A program made the position numbers and the translations under genes. Shown one piece after another: positions 37,668-50,607 of a DNA stretch of 64,000 nucleotides. How positions within the stretch are numbered: the stretch's first letter is position 1; each line of letters opens with the position of its first letter. This DNA comes from Lama glama (lineage: Eukaryota), in contig CM052817.1 in the NCBI GenBank assembly GCA_028534125.1, forward strand, positions 17,920,001 to 17,984,000, given 5' to 3'. The notes under the pieces are model-generated. The model was given only the letters and a program-made list of their open reading frames with translations, did no database searches and was not told where the DNA came from.

Positions 37668-39739
37668 GTGAGTTTTTCCTACCTATTTTGAGATCCTCTT
37701 ATGTTTAGCTGTATTTACTTTGTAAGTAGTGAATGTTGTATTGCTATGTGTACTCATTGTTATTACTTCTTAGTATTTATATGGCTTTCAAGTACATTAA
37801 CACTATTGAAAATTACAGTCTTGCCTGAGAATTAATAATAAAGAGGTGGGGATTTTTTACTGCCAAAAAAATTTATATATTAACAATTCATTTAACCAGT
37901 GTAATTAGGGAATGATATTTCTCATAAGCTAATATTTCAGATAATTTAAATTTACCAATGTTCTTTTTATTTTCCTTTTTCTGTCTTTATAAACTGACCG
38001 TTTTAAACACAACTTTTTTCCTTGAAAAAATGATGTCCTTATTAAGAATATCAATGTTTTTATTTATCTGGACTTGTCCTGAGAGTCTGTTGAAGTGTGT
38101 AGAACTATTTGTCATTACAAAAAATACAGATCCTGAATGTTAGCGTTAGTTTGTTCAGTGTTCCATTATTCATTAACTACTTACTGCTAGTGCCGTCCTA
38201 GGCACTGGGAATATAGCACAGAACAATAAACACAATTTCTGCCCTCATGGAGTTAATAGTCTAATAGAATTCTTATGTCCTTTTTTTTTTCCTGCTATCA
38301 GTTAGCTGTGTCTCTAGCATTCTCTAGTTTCTCACACTTCCATTTCGAATTTGCTCTTTCTAATCTACTGATAACTGGGAAACGAGATAACCTTGTTTAC
38401 CTGAATTGTTTCTGAAACAAAGAGACTCAGATGAATGCCTGTGGATTTGTGCTTAGACACATTTTTAAAATTAGTATTTGCTTCTTTGCTTATTGCCATC
38501 TTCCAAATTGGTTTTTGAACTCTTAACATCACAAATAAAGTGTTATCTATTAACTAAAGTTGACTGTGACCATACCTTTGGTTCTAGTCACCAAAGGAAA
38601 AGACAGTTATCATAACAAGTAAAGTTTTAAAATTCCACAAATATAGTAGAGACGCCATGAGTTGATTACACTAATATGGACATGGTGATTTCTCTCCTGC
38701 CTGTTAAAGCTTGTGACTTCAGTGTCTTTGTCTCTGATACCAGCAGAATAAAAGCATCTGTTGTGTATAATTCCAAACATTAGATTCTCATCTGAGGAGA
38801 TATTAGTGATGATTGCTTTTTTTGTGGTATAATGCATTCCTGAAAACTGTGCTGTGCTACAGAGTGCCTCTTTACTTGGTGCCAGGGACAGGCATTTCAT
38901 TCATTGACATGTCTTTGATATCCTACATAATAGACATAAGTAGTTATTTTTTAATAACTTCTAGGGATATTTGAAGGGGTTCAGTAAAAACTACCTTTTT
39001 CCTCACTTGGATTCTGAACAAACTGAGTAATAAGATAAAATGTAAAGGCAAATGAGAGATCAAAAGCATACTCTTATTTGTGGTAAAGACTAGGTAGGAG
39101 GACATAGCTTAGTTCAAGAGCAGAATAAGCTCTTTAACTGAACTCTAGACTTCAGTAGACTTTACCTTTTAGTTAAGTAGCATTGATGAACATATTCAGT
39201 TTATTCCTTCAAAATTTGAAAGTTGGATAAGGCATTAAACCTCATCTGTGGTGTAATGATTTAAGCCTTGGAGAGAGGCCAAGAATGTTACAGTGAGGAA
39301 CTCTTCAGATGAAAGGGCACATCCAGAGTGGGGGAAGGTATGTTTCCTGACATAAATCAGAAGAATAAAGTGGACTTAGCATGTTCTGTTGTGTTTTTCA
39401 TTGGCAGAAACCATTAGATGGATAAGTAAAGAAAGCAGAAAGTATAAATATTCATTAAGTTAAATAATTGGAGCTGAAAAAAAATTCTCATTCCTAATAG
39501 AAGGACACATGGGTTAAACAGCTCATGCCTGAAAATTGCTCATGTTATTTTACTTATTTTAGTAAACATTCCAAAGATTTTAGTCATATTTTATTTAACA
39601 AATATAGCAGAAAATTTTCTGTATTCTGTTGTTACATGAAACTTGTAACTGTAGCCCAGGTTAGCTCTTCCCACTTCAGGTTGCCTACTTTGTTTAATTA
39701 TTATTGTGTTAATAACCACTTAACATTATGTTAATGATA

Positions 39740-39990
39740 ATTTACATTGACTGAATGCTTATTTTATGTTCAGCTCTGTGCTAAGCACTTTATATGCATT
39801 GCTTTATATAATGTAGTCTTCATAACCACCCTGTGAAGTAGAATTTGTTATTATCATCATTTTACAGAAGAGAAAATTGAGTCTTAGGCCACTTAAGTAA
39901 CTTGCTTAAGATGACATATCTAGTAAGTAGCAGCGCTAGGGCTTGACCTCTAGCTGTCTGATTCCAAAGCCCATACGTTTTACTACATCT
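39740..39990 (-). mobile_element. MIR SINE
   Basis: ctgtgctaagcactttata...attttacagaagagaaaattgag...taagtaacttgcttaagatgaca. Confidence 0.8.
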
Positions 39991-40618
39991 CACATATATT
40001 TGTATCTTATTTCTTACCTAGATTAAAAGTCTTCTAAACAAGAATTTTGTCTTAAATTTATTTCAATATTTCCTGTAGCATCAAATAAATGACATTGAGT
40101 CAGCAAGTAGTTATTGTCACCTACCAATGCTAGCACAATAAAGATTTGTTGAATTGAGGAAATATAGCATAATTATTAATCCTAAACTTACTGTAAAGAT
40201 TTAAGAAAGCCTTTACATTGAAAATGTACCAAGTTTTTTCTGTATCCTAGTCTTTATTTTATTTTGTGTAGAGTAGTTTATAAAGAATTAGAAGACCTAT
40301 TATTTTCCTTTAAGGAATATGAATTAGAGAAATAGATAAACCTTTTTAAACTTTCTATATGTGAATATATTATAAAAACGTATACCATAGCCTACTGTTA
40401 AGTAGCTATATGCAAGTGTCTGCCATACCTTGGAGGGTGTATGTGCTGAGTATAAGAGCTGAAAATGGAAAGATTTTAGATGATGTACCTTACCCTAGAC
40501 CACGAGGTAGGGAAAGTCTTTATAGACATTCATATGTTCCTGGAAGAGTCCTCAAGTAGTAGACCTGGGCACCTCCAGAATGTCTTAATTATAGTTCTTC
40601 TTTGCCCTCTTAGTTTTA

Positions 40619-40744
40619 TTTATTTATTTCTGGTTTTTTTTTAATTGAAGTACAGTCAGTTACAATGTGTCAATTTGTGGAGTTTGACATTTACAAATGT
40701 TAGCCACTATATATAAAAGTAGATTTAAAAAGTTTTTTCTCCTT
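40619..40744 (-). mobile_element. Short young L1 3' tip with 5' inversion
   Basis: T tail and antisense tip to about 40677, then sense 3' UTR tggagtttgacatttacaaatgttagccactatatataaaag. TSD tcttagtttta at 40608-40618 and 40745-40755. Confidence 0.75.
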
Positions 40745-40759
40745 TCTTAGTTTTAAATG

Positions 40760-41730
40760 TTACTATGTGCTTGTTATGCGTTATGTACGGAGCTAGGTGC
40801 TGAGGATAATGAACAAGGTAAATAGTCTTTGCTTTTATGGAGCTTCCGTCCTGGTGGGGCACAGAGACTTCAAAGAGATGATTGCAATTCAATACAGTAA
40901 GTGCTATAATAGGGTAAGTACAAGGAGTACATAGGGCAGGCACCTAACTCACATTGGAGATGTCATGATGACTTACCAGAGGAAATAATATTCAGACTGA
41001 TCACAAAGCTAAACCAGAGTTAGTCAGGAGGAGTAAAGAAGAAAAGTGCTTAAGGCACAAGGGAACAACAGAGGTTTAGAGATGTAAAAGAATGTGGTAT
41101 ATTGGAGGAACAAAAGTTGTATGGCTGGATGGTAGAGGGAAAAGGGGCATAGGAAAGGATGATGCTAGATCTGTAGGCAGGGATGCACTTCTTACTCAAG
41201 GATTTGTAGGCTGGATCCTAAAAGCATTTGGGTGCCATTTTGGGATTTTAAGCAGAGCAGTGACATGATCACATTTGCATTTTATTCATTTAGCAATGTA
41301 CTGAGTATCTAATATGTGCCAAGCCTTATGTTAGACACTGGAAATACAGTCACTGGTGAATAAGGAAGATACTGCTCCTGACTAACAGACAGGCCAATTG
41401 GCAATTTGAAAATAGTGTGGAAGCAGGGGAGACTGCTTATGAATCTGTCAGATGAATGCAGGCAAGAAATGTTGGTTGCCTAAAACAAAGTCACTGGGGT
41501 AGAAAAAGATGAGAAGTATTCATGGGGATTTAGGGAGACAGGAAGAGAGAGGAGTCAAGAGTGATATTCAGGTTTCTACATTCTTCCTATCTGCTGATCC
41601 TCATCTCTTTGTGCACTAAATGTAAAATCCATGATAACAGAGATTTTAACATGCTTTGTCCACTGCTGTATCTGTATTACCTCGAACACTTAGTAGGTGC
41701 TCATTAAATATTTACAAATGAATAAATATA
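40760..41730. mobile_element. L2 fragments (mostly minus; plus-strand 3' end near 41590-41730)
   Basis: ggattttaagcagagcagtgacatgatcacatttgcatttt; ggagtcaagagtga; tagtaggtgctcattaaatattt. Confidence 0.7.
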
Positions 41731-42489
41731 CCTAAGTTTATTTTGGTTTCAATGTGAATGATTTTAGGGTTGCCACTTCTTGTTACCTGTTTTTGTGGAT
41801 AAATTTCTTTGAACATTAATTAAATAACTGTTAAGATCATCAGTAAGTGCTCTCTAGTTTCAATCTTAAATTTCTAAGTTTTATTAAATTTAGAAATAAT
41901 TACCATTAAAATGGAAAGATTTTAGAGTTATATTTAATTATAAACCACATGTCTCTTTACAAATGATGTTTGGAGTGGTATAAAATATGTAGCTTTTCAA
42001 CTATCTTGCATATAAGAAGATACACTGAGGTATCCAGAGATTATCATTTTTTTTTTCATTTGTGAGTGGGGAAAGGTGATTTATTTAGGTACATGGAATA
42101 CAGATTTTCATAGGAAGAACTACTAGCCAGGAATAATCAGTTAGTGAAATTGCCTTATTGATTTGGTAGGATAGGTTGGCTTTTTCTATTCCAGAAATGT
42201 TTCTTATGGACCTTTGAATCTTTTATGCTCAGATTCTGGGATAGGTGCAAGAGACTTGGCATATCATTAACCCTCTACATGCTGATGTCCCCTTTTAGAA
42301 GAGGAATTTCTTGAAAATTCAGTATAGGGTTCTTGATTGTTAGAACATGGTTGCTTTGCTATAGGTACAAGTTCTATGACTAAGTTCAATGAGAGTTATA
42401 TGTTGTTGTGGAAGAGATTGAAACCTCTAAGTAAATGTTAAATTACTGTATATTCCGGTTGCTTTCTCTGTAATTGTACATCACTCTGT

Positions 42490-42893
42490 GTCTCAGCCAT
42501 TACATGCCAACCATCCTGGCTGTCTCTGATTTTTAGGCATTCCGCCTTCCCCACCTCAGAGTCTTGTGCTTTCTTACCTTTTGCCTGGAATATTCTTCCC
42601 CCAGATTTTTGAAGAGTTGGCTCCTCTTCACTCATGTCTTGGCTCAAATATGAGCTTTCCTAGACACCTTTCCTGCCTTCCAAATCACTTTTGACTCTAT
42701 TTTCTGCTCTCATTTTCTCATGGCACTTATTACTTATTGATATTGTTCTATTTATTGATTTGTTTTTGTAAATATTGACTATTTTTCTTCACAAGAATAT
42801 TAGGTACATGAGAACAGGAGACACTGTCTTAATCCTACCATATACTTAGTATTAATACCTAGAATGACTCAAATATTTGTTGAATAAATAAAT
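42490..42893 (+). mobile_element. L2 3' fragment
   Basis: ttgcctggaatattcttcccccag...catgagaacagg...ctcaaatatttgttgaataaataaat. Confidence 0.75.
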
Positions 42894-43476
42894 CTGTTTT
42901 CTTATTAAAAACAATATATTTTGAATATAAGATATAATTTTACTTTGAAAACAGGAAGAATTTATAAGATATTAAATGTTTAAATTTTTATTAAATTTAT
43001 GAATTTATTATATACTAAAATATGGCTATTAGAAAAGGGAGTATTTTTATACTATATTTCAACTATGTAAAAAGGGAACTGGGAGAAATGAGAAGATTTG
43101 ACATATTGGTAAGTTAATGGATTTTTTTTAGACTTTAGACTTAAAAAAAATTAGTGATATAATATTGTATACTAAAATGAACCATTGTGATAATTTTCAT
43201 ATGAGCATTTACAGAGGTAAATAATTTAAAAATTACCTCAATTTATGAATTTACTTTAACTTTTAGTAAATCATTAAATTGCTAATTTAAAACTACAGTA
43301 CTAGTAGGATAAGAATTAAAATTTTATTAGGTGGTTGTACCTTGTGTAGGCACGTAAAACTGCTCATTCTGTTCCATTTATATCATGGACCTCAGAGGTA
43401 AGTAATTTCTAACCAAGAGAACTGACTAATTGTCAAGAGTAACGTACGATATTCAGCGCCCTCCTTTTGTCCCTAG

Positions 43477-43552
43477 GTTTCCTTTACCTAGTCATCCTGC
43501 TGCGCCTCCTGAACATCTTAAAGAGCCTTTGGTGTATATGAGGAAAGCGCAG
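43477..43552 (+). CDS. TBC1D19: TBC1D19 coding exon 4 (V-FPLPSHPAAPPEHLKEPLVYMRKAQ)
   Basis: ccttttgtccctag acceptor; 76 nt; donor CAG|GTGGGC; phase 2 to 0. Confidence 0.95.
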
Positions 43553-44247
43553 GTGGGCTATTGTTCATTTTAATTTTCTTCTTCCATACAAAGTTATATA
43601 CTGCAGGGCAGAAGGTCCTTATTACTATCAGGACTATGTTTATTGTATGAAAGACTGGGTAAAGACCACTGAAGTGATGTGAACAGTATTTGCGTACGCT
43701 TTCTTTCTATTTTCCGTAACCAACAATCGCACTTAGTTAACTGTAGTGATCCTGAAAATATTGAGTAGAAGAAAAAAAATCATGTGCCGTACTGGCCTGA
43801 AATTTCAAATATGGTAAGAGTATTATACAACCATTTGTTCCTCATGCTCTGTGATCTTAAAGGAATGAAATGGGAATGAACTGACTCACTCTTCCCTCAA
43901 CATTTTGACTTTTGACACCAGTGTTACTGATACTGTATTTGAAATATGTCTGTTTTCACAGCAGGTTGTTAAATGCTAATTGTATTCTGTTCTGAAACTC
44001 AAATGAACCTTGTATCTAAAATGCACTGAAAACAACTAAAAGTCACTTTAAAAGAATAAAATAAAATAAAATAATTTAAACAGAAAAACTGTAAAAAGCT
44101 GTTCCCTATAAATTCTGTCACATGCCCCTAATTCTTTTCGCTGGCCTTTGCCTGGCATCGCCTGGTCTACCTGCTGTGAAGTCGCACTGTTCAAAAGCCT
44201 TCCTCCCAGTCCTGGGGACTCTAACTGCCACTGCCGAGGTGTTTAAT

Positions 44248-44287
44248 GGCCATCCTAAGTCCATCCTAAGGCCATCCTAAGGCCATC
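44248..44287. repeat. 11-bp minisatellite (gccatcctaag) x~3.5
   Basis: Direct observation. Confidence 0.85.
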
Positions 44288-44959
44288 ATAGTCTCAGAAA
44301 TTATTATGAACATTTTCAAATATGCCCCAAAGAACTCCCACGCACCCATCACCAAGCTGCAACAATTGTCAGGGTGGTTCTGCTGCTCCTGGGATGTGTT
44401 CTGCTGCTTTCAGTTCCCATGTTTCATGATCGTGAATGTTAGGCAGGTTTTTATTTTTCTGCTTTTATTTTCATTTTAAAAAATCTTCAAAATTAGATGG
44501 TGAAAGGTGCAATATAAGCAAAAAACATGGAGATATTTGAGGAAATACATAATCTATTTCTATCTCTAGGTGGTACCTTTAGGGCTAGCCATCAGACATT
44601 TATTATCGATCCGTCATAAAGCATAATCATTAAATAATACATGTGTGAAAGAGTTGTTTGGTCTTTTGTTGTAAAGATATAAAATCAAGAAAATAAAACT
44701 AAAAATTTGGGTCTGAATATTTTTTGGCAAAGTTTGGAAATTTCTGTTTTAGGGAAAGTATCAGTTTTAGCATAAGTGTAAGAAACAAAACACAAAAGTT
44801 GGTTTCCTTTTAAGACTGAAGAGATACAGAGATAAGTAATAGGTCTATTCTTAAAGTCTACTGCTAATTGCTGTGACTATATATGACTGGTAAGTATCTG
44901 TCTTGTGTAAATATATGTATGGTCCTCTTTCTCTCCAGACTTACCCACTAGATCAAGAG

Positions 44960-45242
44960 ATGGCGTTGGCATGTTTCAGCCCATAGGCCAAATCTGCCCT
45001 GTACTTGTTTTTGTGTGGCTGGCAAGCTAGGAATATTTTTTATATCTTGTGACCCATGAAAATTATATGAATTAATAAAATATGTTTTATTGGGAAATAG
45101 TCCTGCTCCTTTATTTACATTTTGTCTGTGGCTGCTTTTGCACTGCAATGTCAGAGTGAAGTAGTTGCATTAGAGACCTTATGACCTGTAAATCCTAAAA
45201 TTTTTATTCTCTGTCTTTTTACAGCAAGTTTGCAAATCCATG
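44960..45242. mobile_element. MER58 (hAT-Charlie) element
   Basis: ggccaaatctg...gtctgtggctgcttttgcactgcaatg...agtagttgc...aaatcctaaaatttttattctctg...aagtttgc. Confidence 0.75.
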
Positions 45243-45331
45243 CAGTAAATGATTCAGTTCTTTAAGAGCAGGGACTGTGATTTTTATTCTCAGCATCTAA
45301 ACATGGTACCCAGCCCACATTTGCTGAAATA

Positions 45332-45557
45332 GAGTTGACTCTTGACAACATGGGTTTGAACTGCGTGGATTCACTTATACACAGATTTTTTTTCAGTGCT
45401 AAAAAATACTACAGTATTGCACTGTCTGGGGTTGGTTGAATCTGCAGGTGTGGAACCGCGGATACAGGGGCCCAACTCTCAGACTGTAGTTGGATTTGCC
45501 ACTGCATCGTGGCAGTGGTTGTCGTCCCTAACCCTTGAGATGCTCCAGGGTCAACTG
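45332..45557. mobile_element. Tigger2-derived MITE (MER8-like)
   Basis: Terminal inverted repeats gagttgactcttga / ccagggtcaactg, flanked by TA on both sides. Confidence 0.85.
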
Positions 45558-46867
45558 TAAATAATTCTTGAGCCATGGTCACACTAAATACCTTTTCTAC
45601 CAGTTAGTGTCTGCCTGTCTTCCCATATTTGTTCTCCTCTAATTGTCTAGTTTTCTGCTCCCTGTTCTATTAGGCAGTTCTGTCTTTGCATGAAAGCTAC
45701 GTGGCGTGTATTGAATGACTGCTGTTCCATCATGTTCTCCCTTGCACCTCATGCCTTTTTCCCCATTAGATTTCAATTCTGCCTGCCATTCCAGTCCTCA
45801 GCCCAAGGTCACTTCTACCATCCACTTTCTCTCTTCTCCCAAACTGTTGAATACTTAGGAGGAAGATTATATGGTCTTCCGTTACTTTTTATTACCAAGG
45901 CCATCACCGCCGTGATCATGGTGATGATCAAGATGAGCAGATGAACCTTTATAATGTATCTCACTGCCTTCTAGCATACCTCCAGTGACTGCCAGCTTCT
46001 TAACAAATGAAGTTCCTACTCCAAATCCCACCTCTTAAAAGAGTTTCACTACCTGTCCCCAGCTGCTCCTTCCACTGTATCGGGCTCTGCTGTCTTGTAA
46101 CTGTCATTTGTGCCCTTCCTTACTTTGTGTTCCTTTCATGGAAAGCCCTTCTGCCTGCTTTGCATTGTGAAAATCTCATCTATTTTGTGTCAGTTCAGAT
46201 GGCATCTCTTCTCTGAGGCTGTTATTAGCTCTGTTGAAAAGGATTTCCCCCTCTTTTGGACTTTTGTAGCATACTATCATTTTATGGCCCTTATCACAAA
46301 TGACATTCTGTTATCATAATTTCTGTACATATCTTTCTGGCTTTTCCTACAAGCCTCTTGAAAGCAGTACCAATTTTAAAATACTTTTGTATACCCATAC
46401 TTCTAGTGTACTGACCTTTAATGTAGTGGGAACTTATTAAGCATATGATGAATTAATAAGTAAAGGCATTTACCATCTTTTCTACCAATTATTATAATAT
46501 TTATTTTAAAAATATTTACTGAATGCCTACAAGTAGAAGATGCTGCTATGTGCTACGGAGATTCAAAAATAAATTAGATACAAATTCTGCCTTTGGGTAA
46601 CTTCATGGTTTAATAATTGAAATAAGACTTGGACACATGTAGCTCTAACATAAGGTAGAAAGTGCTGTGTGCTCTGGGGAAGATGGTTAGGAAGTTTTCT
46701 GAGCTTATGAGGGAAAGAGGCCTCTTATACCTCATCAGCCTTTCCCAGAGTGTTTTCTGCTGAATCCTAGCCCTGAGAGATGCTCCATGAAAGGGGGTTA
46801 CGTGGACAAATAAGTTTGGGAATAGAGGCATCCTGCCTTCCACTTGGCGAATCACATTTTATTATAT

Positions 46868-47690
46868 TTAATAGACTTGATTTTTTAAAAATAAGAGTTA
46901 TATATTTACAGAAAAATTGAGAAGATAGTATAGAGTTCCCATAGATCCTATACTCACTTTCCCCTTTTATTAACATCTTACATTACTGTGGTACATTTGT
47001 TACAATTAGTGAGCCAATTTTAATACTTTATTAACTAAAGTTCATACTTTATTCAAATATCCTTAGTTTTAACCTAATGTCCTTTTTCTGTTTTAGGATT
47101 CCATCCAGGACACCACATTACATTTGGTTGTCATGTCTCCTTAGGCTTCCTCTTGGCTAAAGTTTCTCAGGCTTTCCTTGTTTTTGATGGCCTTGACAGT
47201 TTTGAGAAGTACTGGTCAGGTATTTTGTAGAATATCCCTCTCTTAGAATTTGTCTGATGTTTTTCTCCTGTTTAGACTGGGGTTGTGGGGTTTTGGGAGG
47301 AAGATCACAGATATAAAGTGCCATTTATATTCATTAAATTATGTCATGATACATATTAGCAACATGCTATGTCACTGTTGATGTTGACCTTGATTGCCTG
47401 ACTGAGGTAGTGTTTGTAAGGTTTCTCCACTGCAAAGTCACTCTCCCTGCCCCCATGTGTATACTGTACTCTCCGGAAGGAAGTCACAGTTCACACTTAC
47501 GGAGAAGTTATGCTCCACCTCCTTAAAGAGGGAGTATCTACAGAAAATACTTGGAATTCTTCTGCATAGAAGAGTTGTCTCCTCTCCCCCATGTATTTAT
47601 TTATTCAGTCATTTGTTTCTATTAGTATGGACTGATGGATACTATTTTATACTTTGGGTTTTAATCTGATACTCCTTAATTTTGTTGCTT
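46868..47690 (-). mobile_element. L1MC/MD-like 3' end, apparently nested in an older DNA-transposon remnant (46735-47920)
   Basis: tttacagaaaaattgagaagatagtatagagttccca...ggattccatccaggacaccacattacatttggttgtc. Confidence 0.75.
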
Positions 47691-47924
47691 ACAATTTATT
47701 TTGGCTTGTTAAAGGTTCAGAGAGGTTCTGCAGTAAAGAAACTGTTAATTTTTATTTAATCCAGTTTTGTTCAAATTTATGTGACTTATTTCCATGTAAA
47801 ATAGTTTGGGGACTACTTTGCTATGCCTTTCACAGAAAACAGCATGAAGAAGCTATACATAGCGCGATAAATGTAAGCGCTTAAGTTTTCTTGTGAAATA
47901 ATACCTGTAGGCACATACAGCTCT

Positions 47925-48095
47925 AATTATGTGCCAGGTACCATTCCAGTGCTTTAAAAGTGCTCACTCATTTAGTATTTATGCCAGCCATGTGAGATGA
48001 GTTACTCTTATGGTCTTAGATGGGTCCAACTTCACAAAACTACTAAGTGGAAGACCTGGAATTTGAACCTGGAAAGCCACTCCAGAATCTACACC
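47925..48095 (-). mobile_element. MIR SINE
   Basis: tgtgccaggtaccattccagtgcttta...ctcattta...ctaagtggaagacctggaatttgaacc. Confidence 0.6.
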
Positions 48096-48279
48096 ACCTG
48101 ATGATATTCAGCCTATTTCTGAATTCAGTCTAGAAATGCTCACGCAAACTCAAGATATGCTGTGTGGTTGAATTTATCCTGTTCTCTGTCAATCCAGGAA
48201 CCCTAGCAAAAATGAGAATTTTGCTAGTTTTATATTACTTCGGTTCTCTTCCCCTTCCTCATCTGCCTTCTGTATTGCC

Positions 48280-48438
48280 ACTCCTTTTCCTAAAATTTCT
48301 AAGACTTTTAGGATAGAGCTCCAATTCCTTACTTTTGCTTAAAAGGCTGTAAGTGATCTTGCCCCTTTTTACTGTTCAAGTCTCATCTCTTGGCTCCTCA
48401 CGCTGTCCCTCCCTCTCCTGCCACTCCTCTCCCCACTT

Positions 48439-48473
<35 letters not shown>

Positions 48474-48841
48474 CTCTCTCTCTGTCTCTAACACTCGATC
48501 TCCTCAGCAGGAGAACCTGTGCTTATGCTGCTGCTCCTACCCCCAAAACCACCTCCCCTCGAAACCCACAAATTTCTGACTAACTTCTGCACATTCTTCA
48601 GGTCTTACGGTAGATGATCATTTCTTTATAAAGGCTCTCTGATCCCCAGATCTCAGATACCCAGGTACTTATCTTGTATCTCCAGTCTTCCACCCTGTAC
48701 TTCTTACCACAAGGCTTGGGTTGTCTGTAAAATCACCTAGATTCTGTAGTCTCTGTAAAGCAGGACCAGTGTCTCTTTTTTCACAGTTGTATCTGCAACA
48801 TTTGGCTCAGTGCCTGGCCCATGGTAGATGCTCAATAGAGA

Positions 48842-48872
<31 letters not shown>

Positions 48873-48895
48873 TAATGATGAATGAATTGAATAAA
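48280..48895 (+). mobile_element. L2 fragment containing (CA)n(TC)n at 48440-48482 and (AT)n at 48839-48863
   Basis: cagtgcctggcccatggtagatgctcaata...tgaatgaat L2 3' terminus. Confidence 0.7.
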
Positions 48896-50464
48896 CAAAA
48901 AATAGAAAATCTTCTCTTCTAGAAAACATTCATACCTTTATTGCTAGTAATTTCACTTCTTGAACCTTATCTAAAGGAAAGAATCACAGAAATTTATGTT
49001 CAATAAAAGTAAAAACTTTAAAAGCATCTAAGTGAGTAGCAATAGGGCCTGCTTAAATGTAACATGGAATCTCTAAAAGACAATGTTATATGGGTACTAG
49101 AAATGACATTTTTGAAGAAATATAATGAAACAGGAAATTGCATACAATATAATCTTAAACAGAAAAAGAAACTATAAAACAATATAATTCCACTTTAATT
49201 AAATATATATATGCATGTGTGTGTGTGACTACACACATACTTCTCAATTGTGCACACACATGCATAGAAAAAAAATCAAAAGAATGAAATGTTAACAGTG
49301 GTTATTTTTGGCTGATGGAAATTTATGAATGCTTTTTTTTATTATTTTATTCTTTACGTATTATTCTGTTTTTCAAATTATCTTGACAAATGTGTTACTT
49401 TTATAATCAAAGAATTATTAAAAACCTTTTTCCAGTAGATAGCTGGGTTATAATTATTTTGCTTTATTCTTTTCAGAGTGAAGAAGGTAATTTTTTAATT
49501 TTTTAATTTTATAATTTTGTACTTTTTGTAGGCTAAGTAGTTATTACATGGTTTTTAATGACTTCTTATTTACTTTCATTATTATAAAAAAAAGCAAGGT
49601 ACAAGTTAATACCCATTTAAAGACTTCAATACAATTGCAATTCCTTTGTGACTGTTTTGCTTCTCATGGCTTAGAAGTTACCTTATTTATAAAACTCTTG
49701 AAATCCTTTGAGTTAATACCATAGATTCCAATTATTAGGGAAACTGATTTGAAAGCAACAATAATTTCATTTAGAGAGGATATGGGTTTAGGTAAAAGGT
49801 AATGTCTTCCTATTTAAACATTTTAAATGTAAAAGGCCATTCATTTTCCTTTTAAATAACATTTTAAAGGGTCTTTATTTCATAAGTCTTTGGGGTAGAA
49901 ATTATTATTTTCTTCTTATTTTGTATTAATGCACTGTCATTTTTCAATAACTTATTTGCTACCTCTACTTTTTTTTGGAGCTAGGTATATTTTGGAATTT
50001 TTACTCAAATAATAACATAGGAATAACTATGATTTTTTTGAGCATTTAGTTTTGAGACTTAGGGCTTATTTACTCACCTTCACGAATAGGACCTGAAAAA
50101 AATTAAGAATCTATAAAACTGGAGCTAATGTGGACCTTCACATTTATCCAGTCCAACCTCTGGAGTTCATCTCCTTTTGGTCAAAAATTTCTGGAAACAG
50201 GGAATTCACATTTTCACTGACTTAACCCATTCTTATTAAATCTTTTTACTTGTTGGAAAGTTTCTTTCTTGTGTTAAATGGTCATGTGCTTCTTATAATA
50301 CTTCCTCGCTGATCTGAGCTTTGCGTGTAGATAGAAGGCAGTCGATACATGCCAGTCACTGAGACAGAGGAATGAGCGAGAAGCCCTTAATTAAGATCAG
50401 AGTTCTTGAGGGAACCTAAACAATGACCCAGCTGGAAAGCAGCCAAGTTTCATCTTGGATTTCT

Positions 50465-50607
50465 GGGGAGGATATAGCTCAAGTGGTAGAGCATATGCTT
50501 AGCATGCATGAGGTCCCAGGTTTAATCCCCAGTACCTCCTCTAAAAGTAAATCAGTAAATAAACCTAGTTACCTCCCTTCAACCTCCCCCCCCCCAAATG
50601 CATACTT
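50465..50607 (+). mobile_element. Camelid tRNA-derived SINE (Vic-1 type)
   Basis: ggggaggatatagctcaagtggtagagcatatgcttagcatgcatgaggtcccaggtttaatccccagtacctcc; flanking repeat atcttggat at 50452 and 50608. Confidence 0.9.

Noticed and set aside
44248..44287. Short direct repeats as a CRISPR-like array
   Set aside because: No spacers, eukaryotic intron; simple slippage minisatellite.
50465..50540. tRNA-like sequence (also at 5166, 10556, 11730)
   Set aside because: Degenerate cloverleaf, shared non-tRNA tail and TSDs identify these as SINE heads, not tRNA genes.
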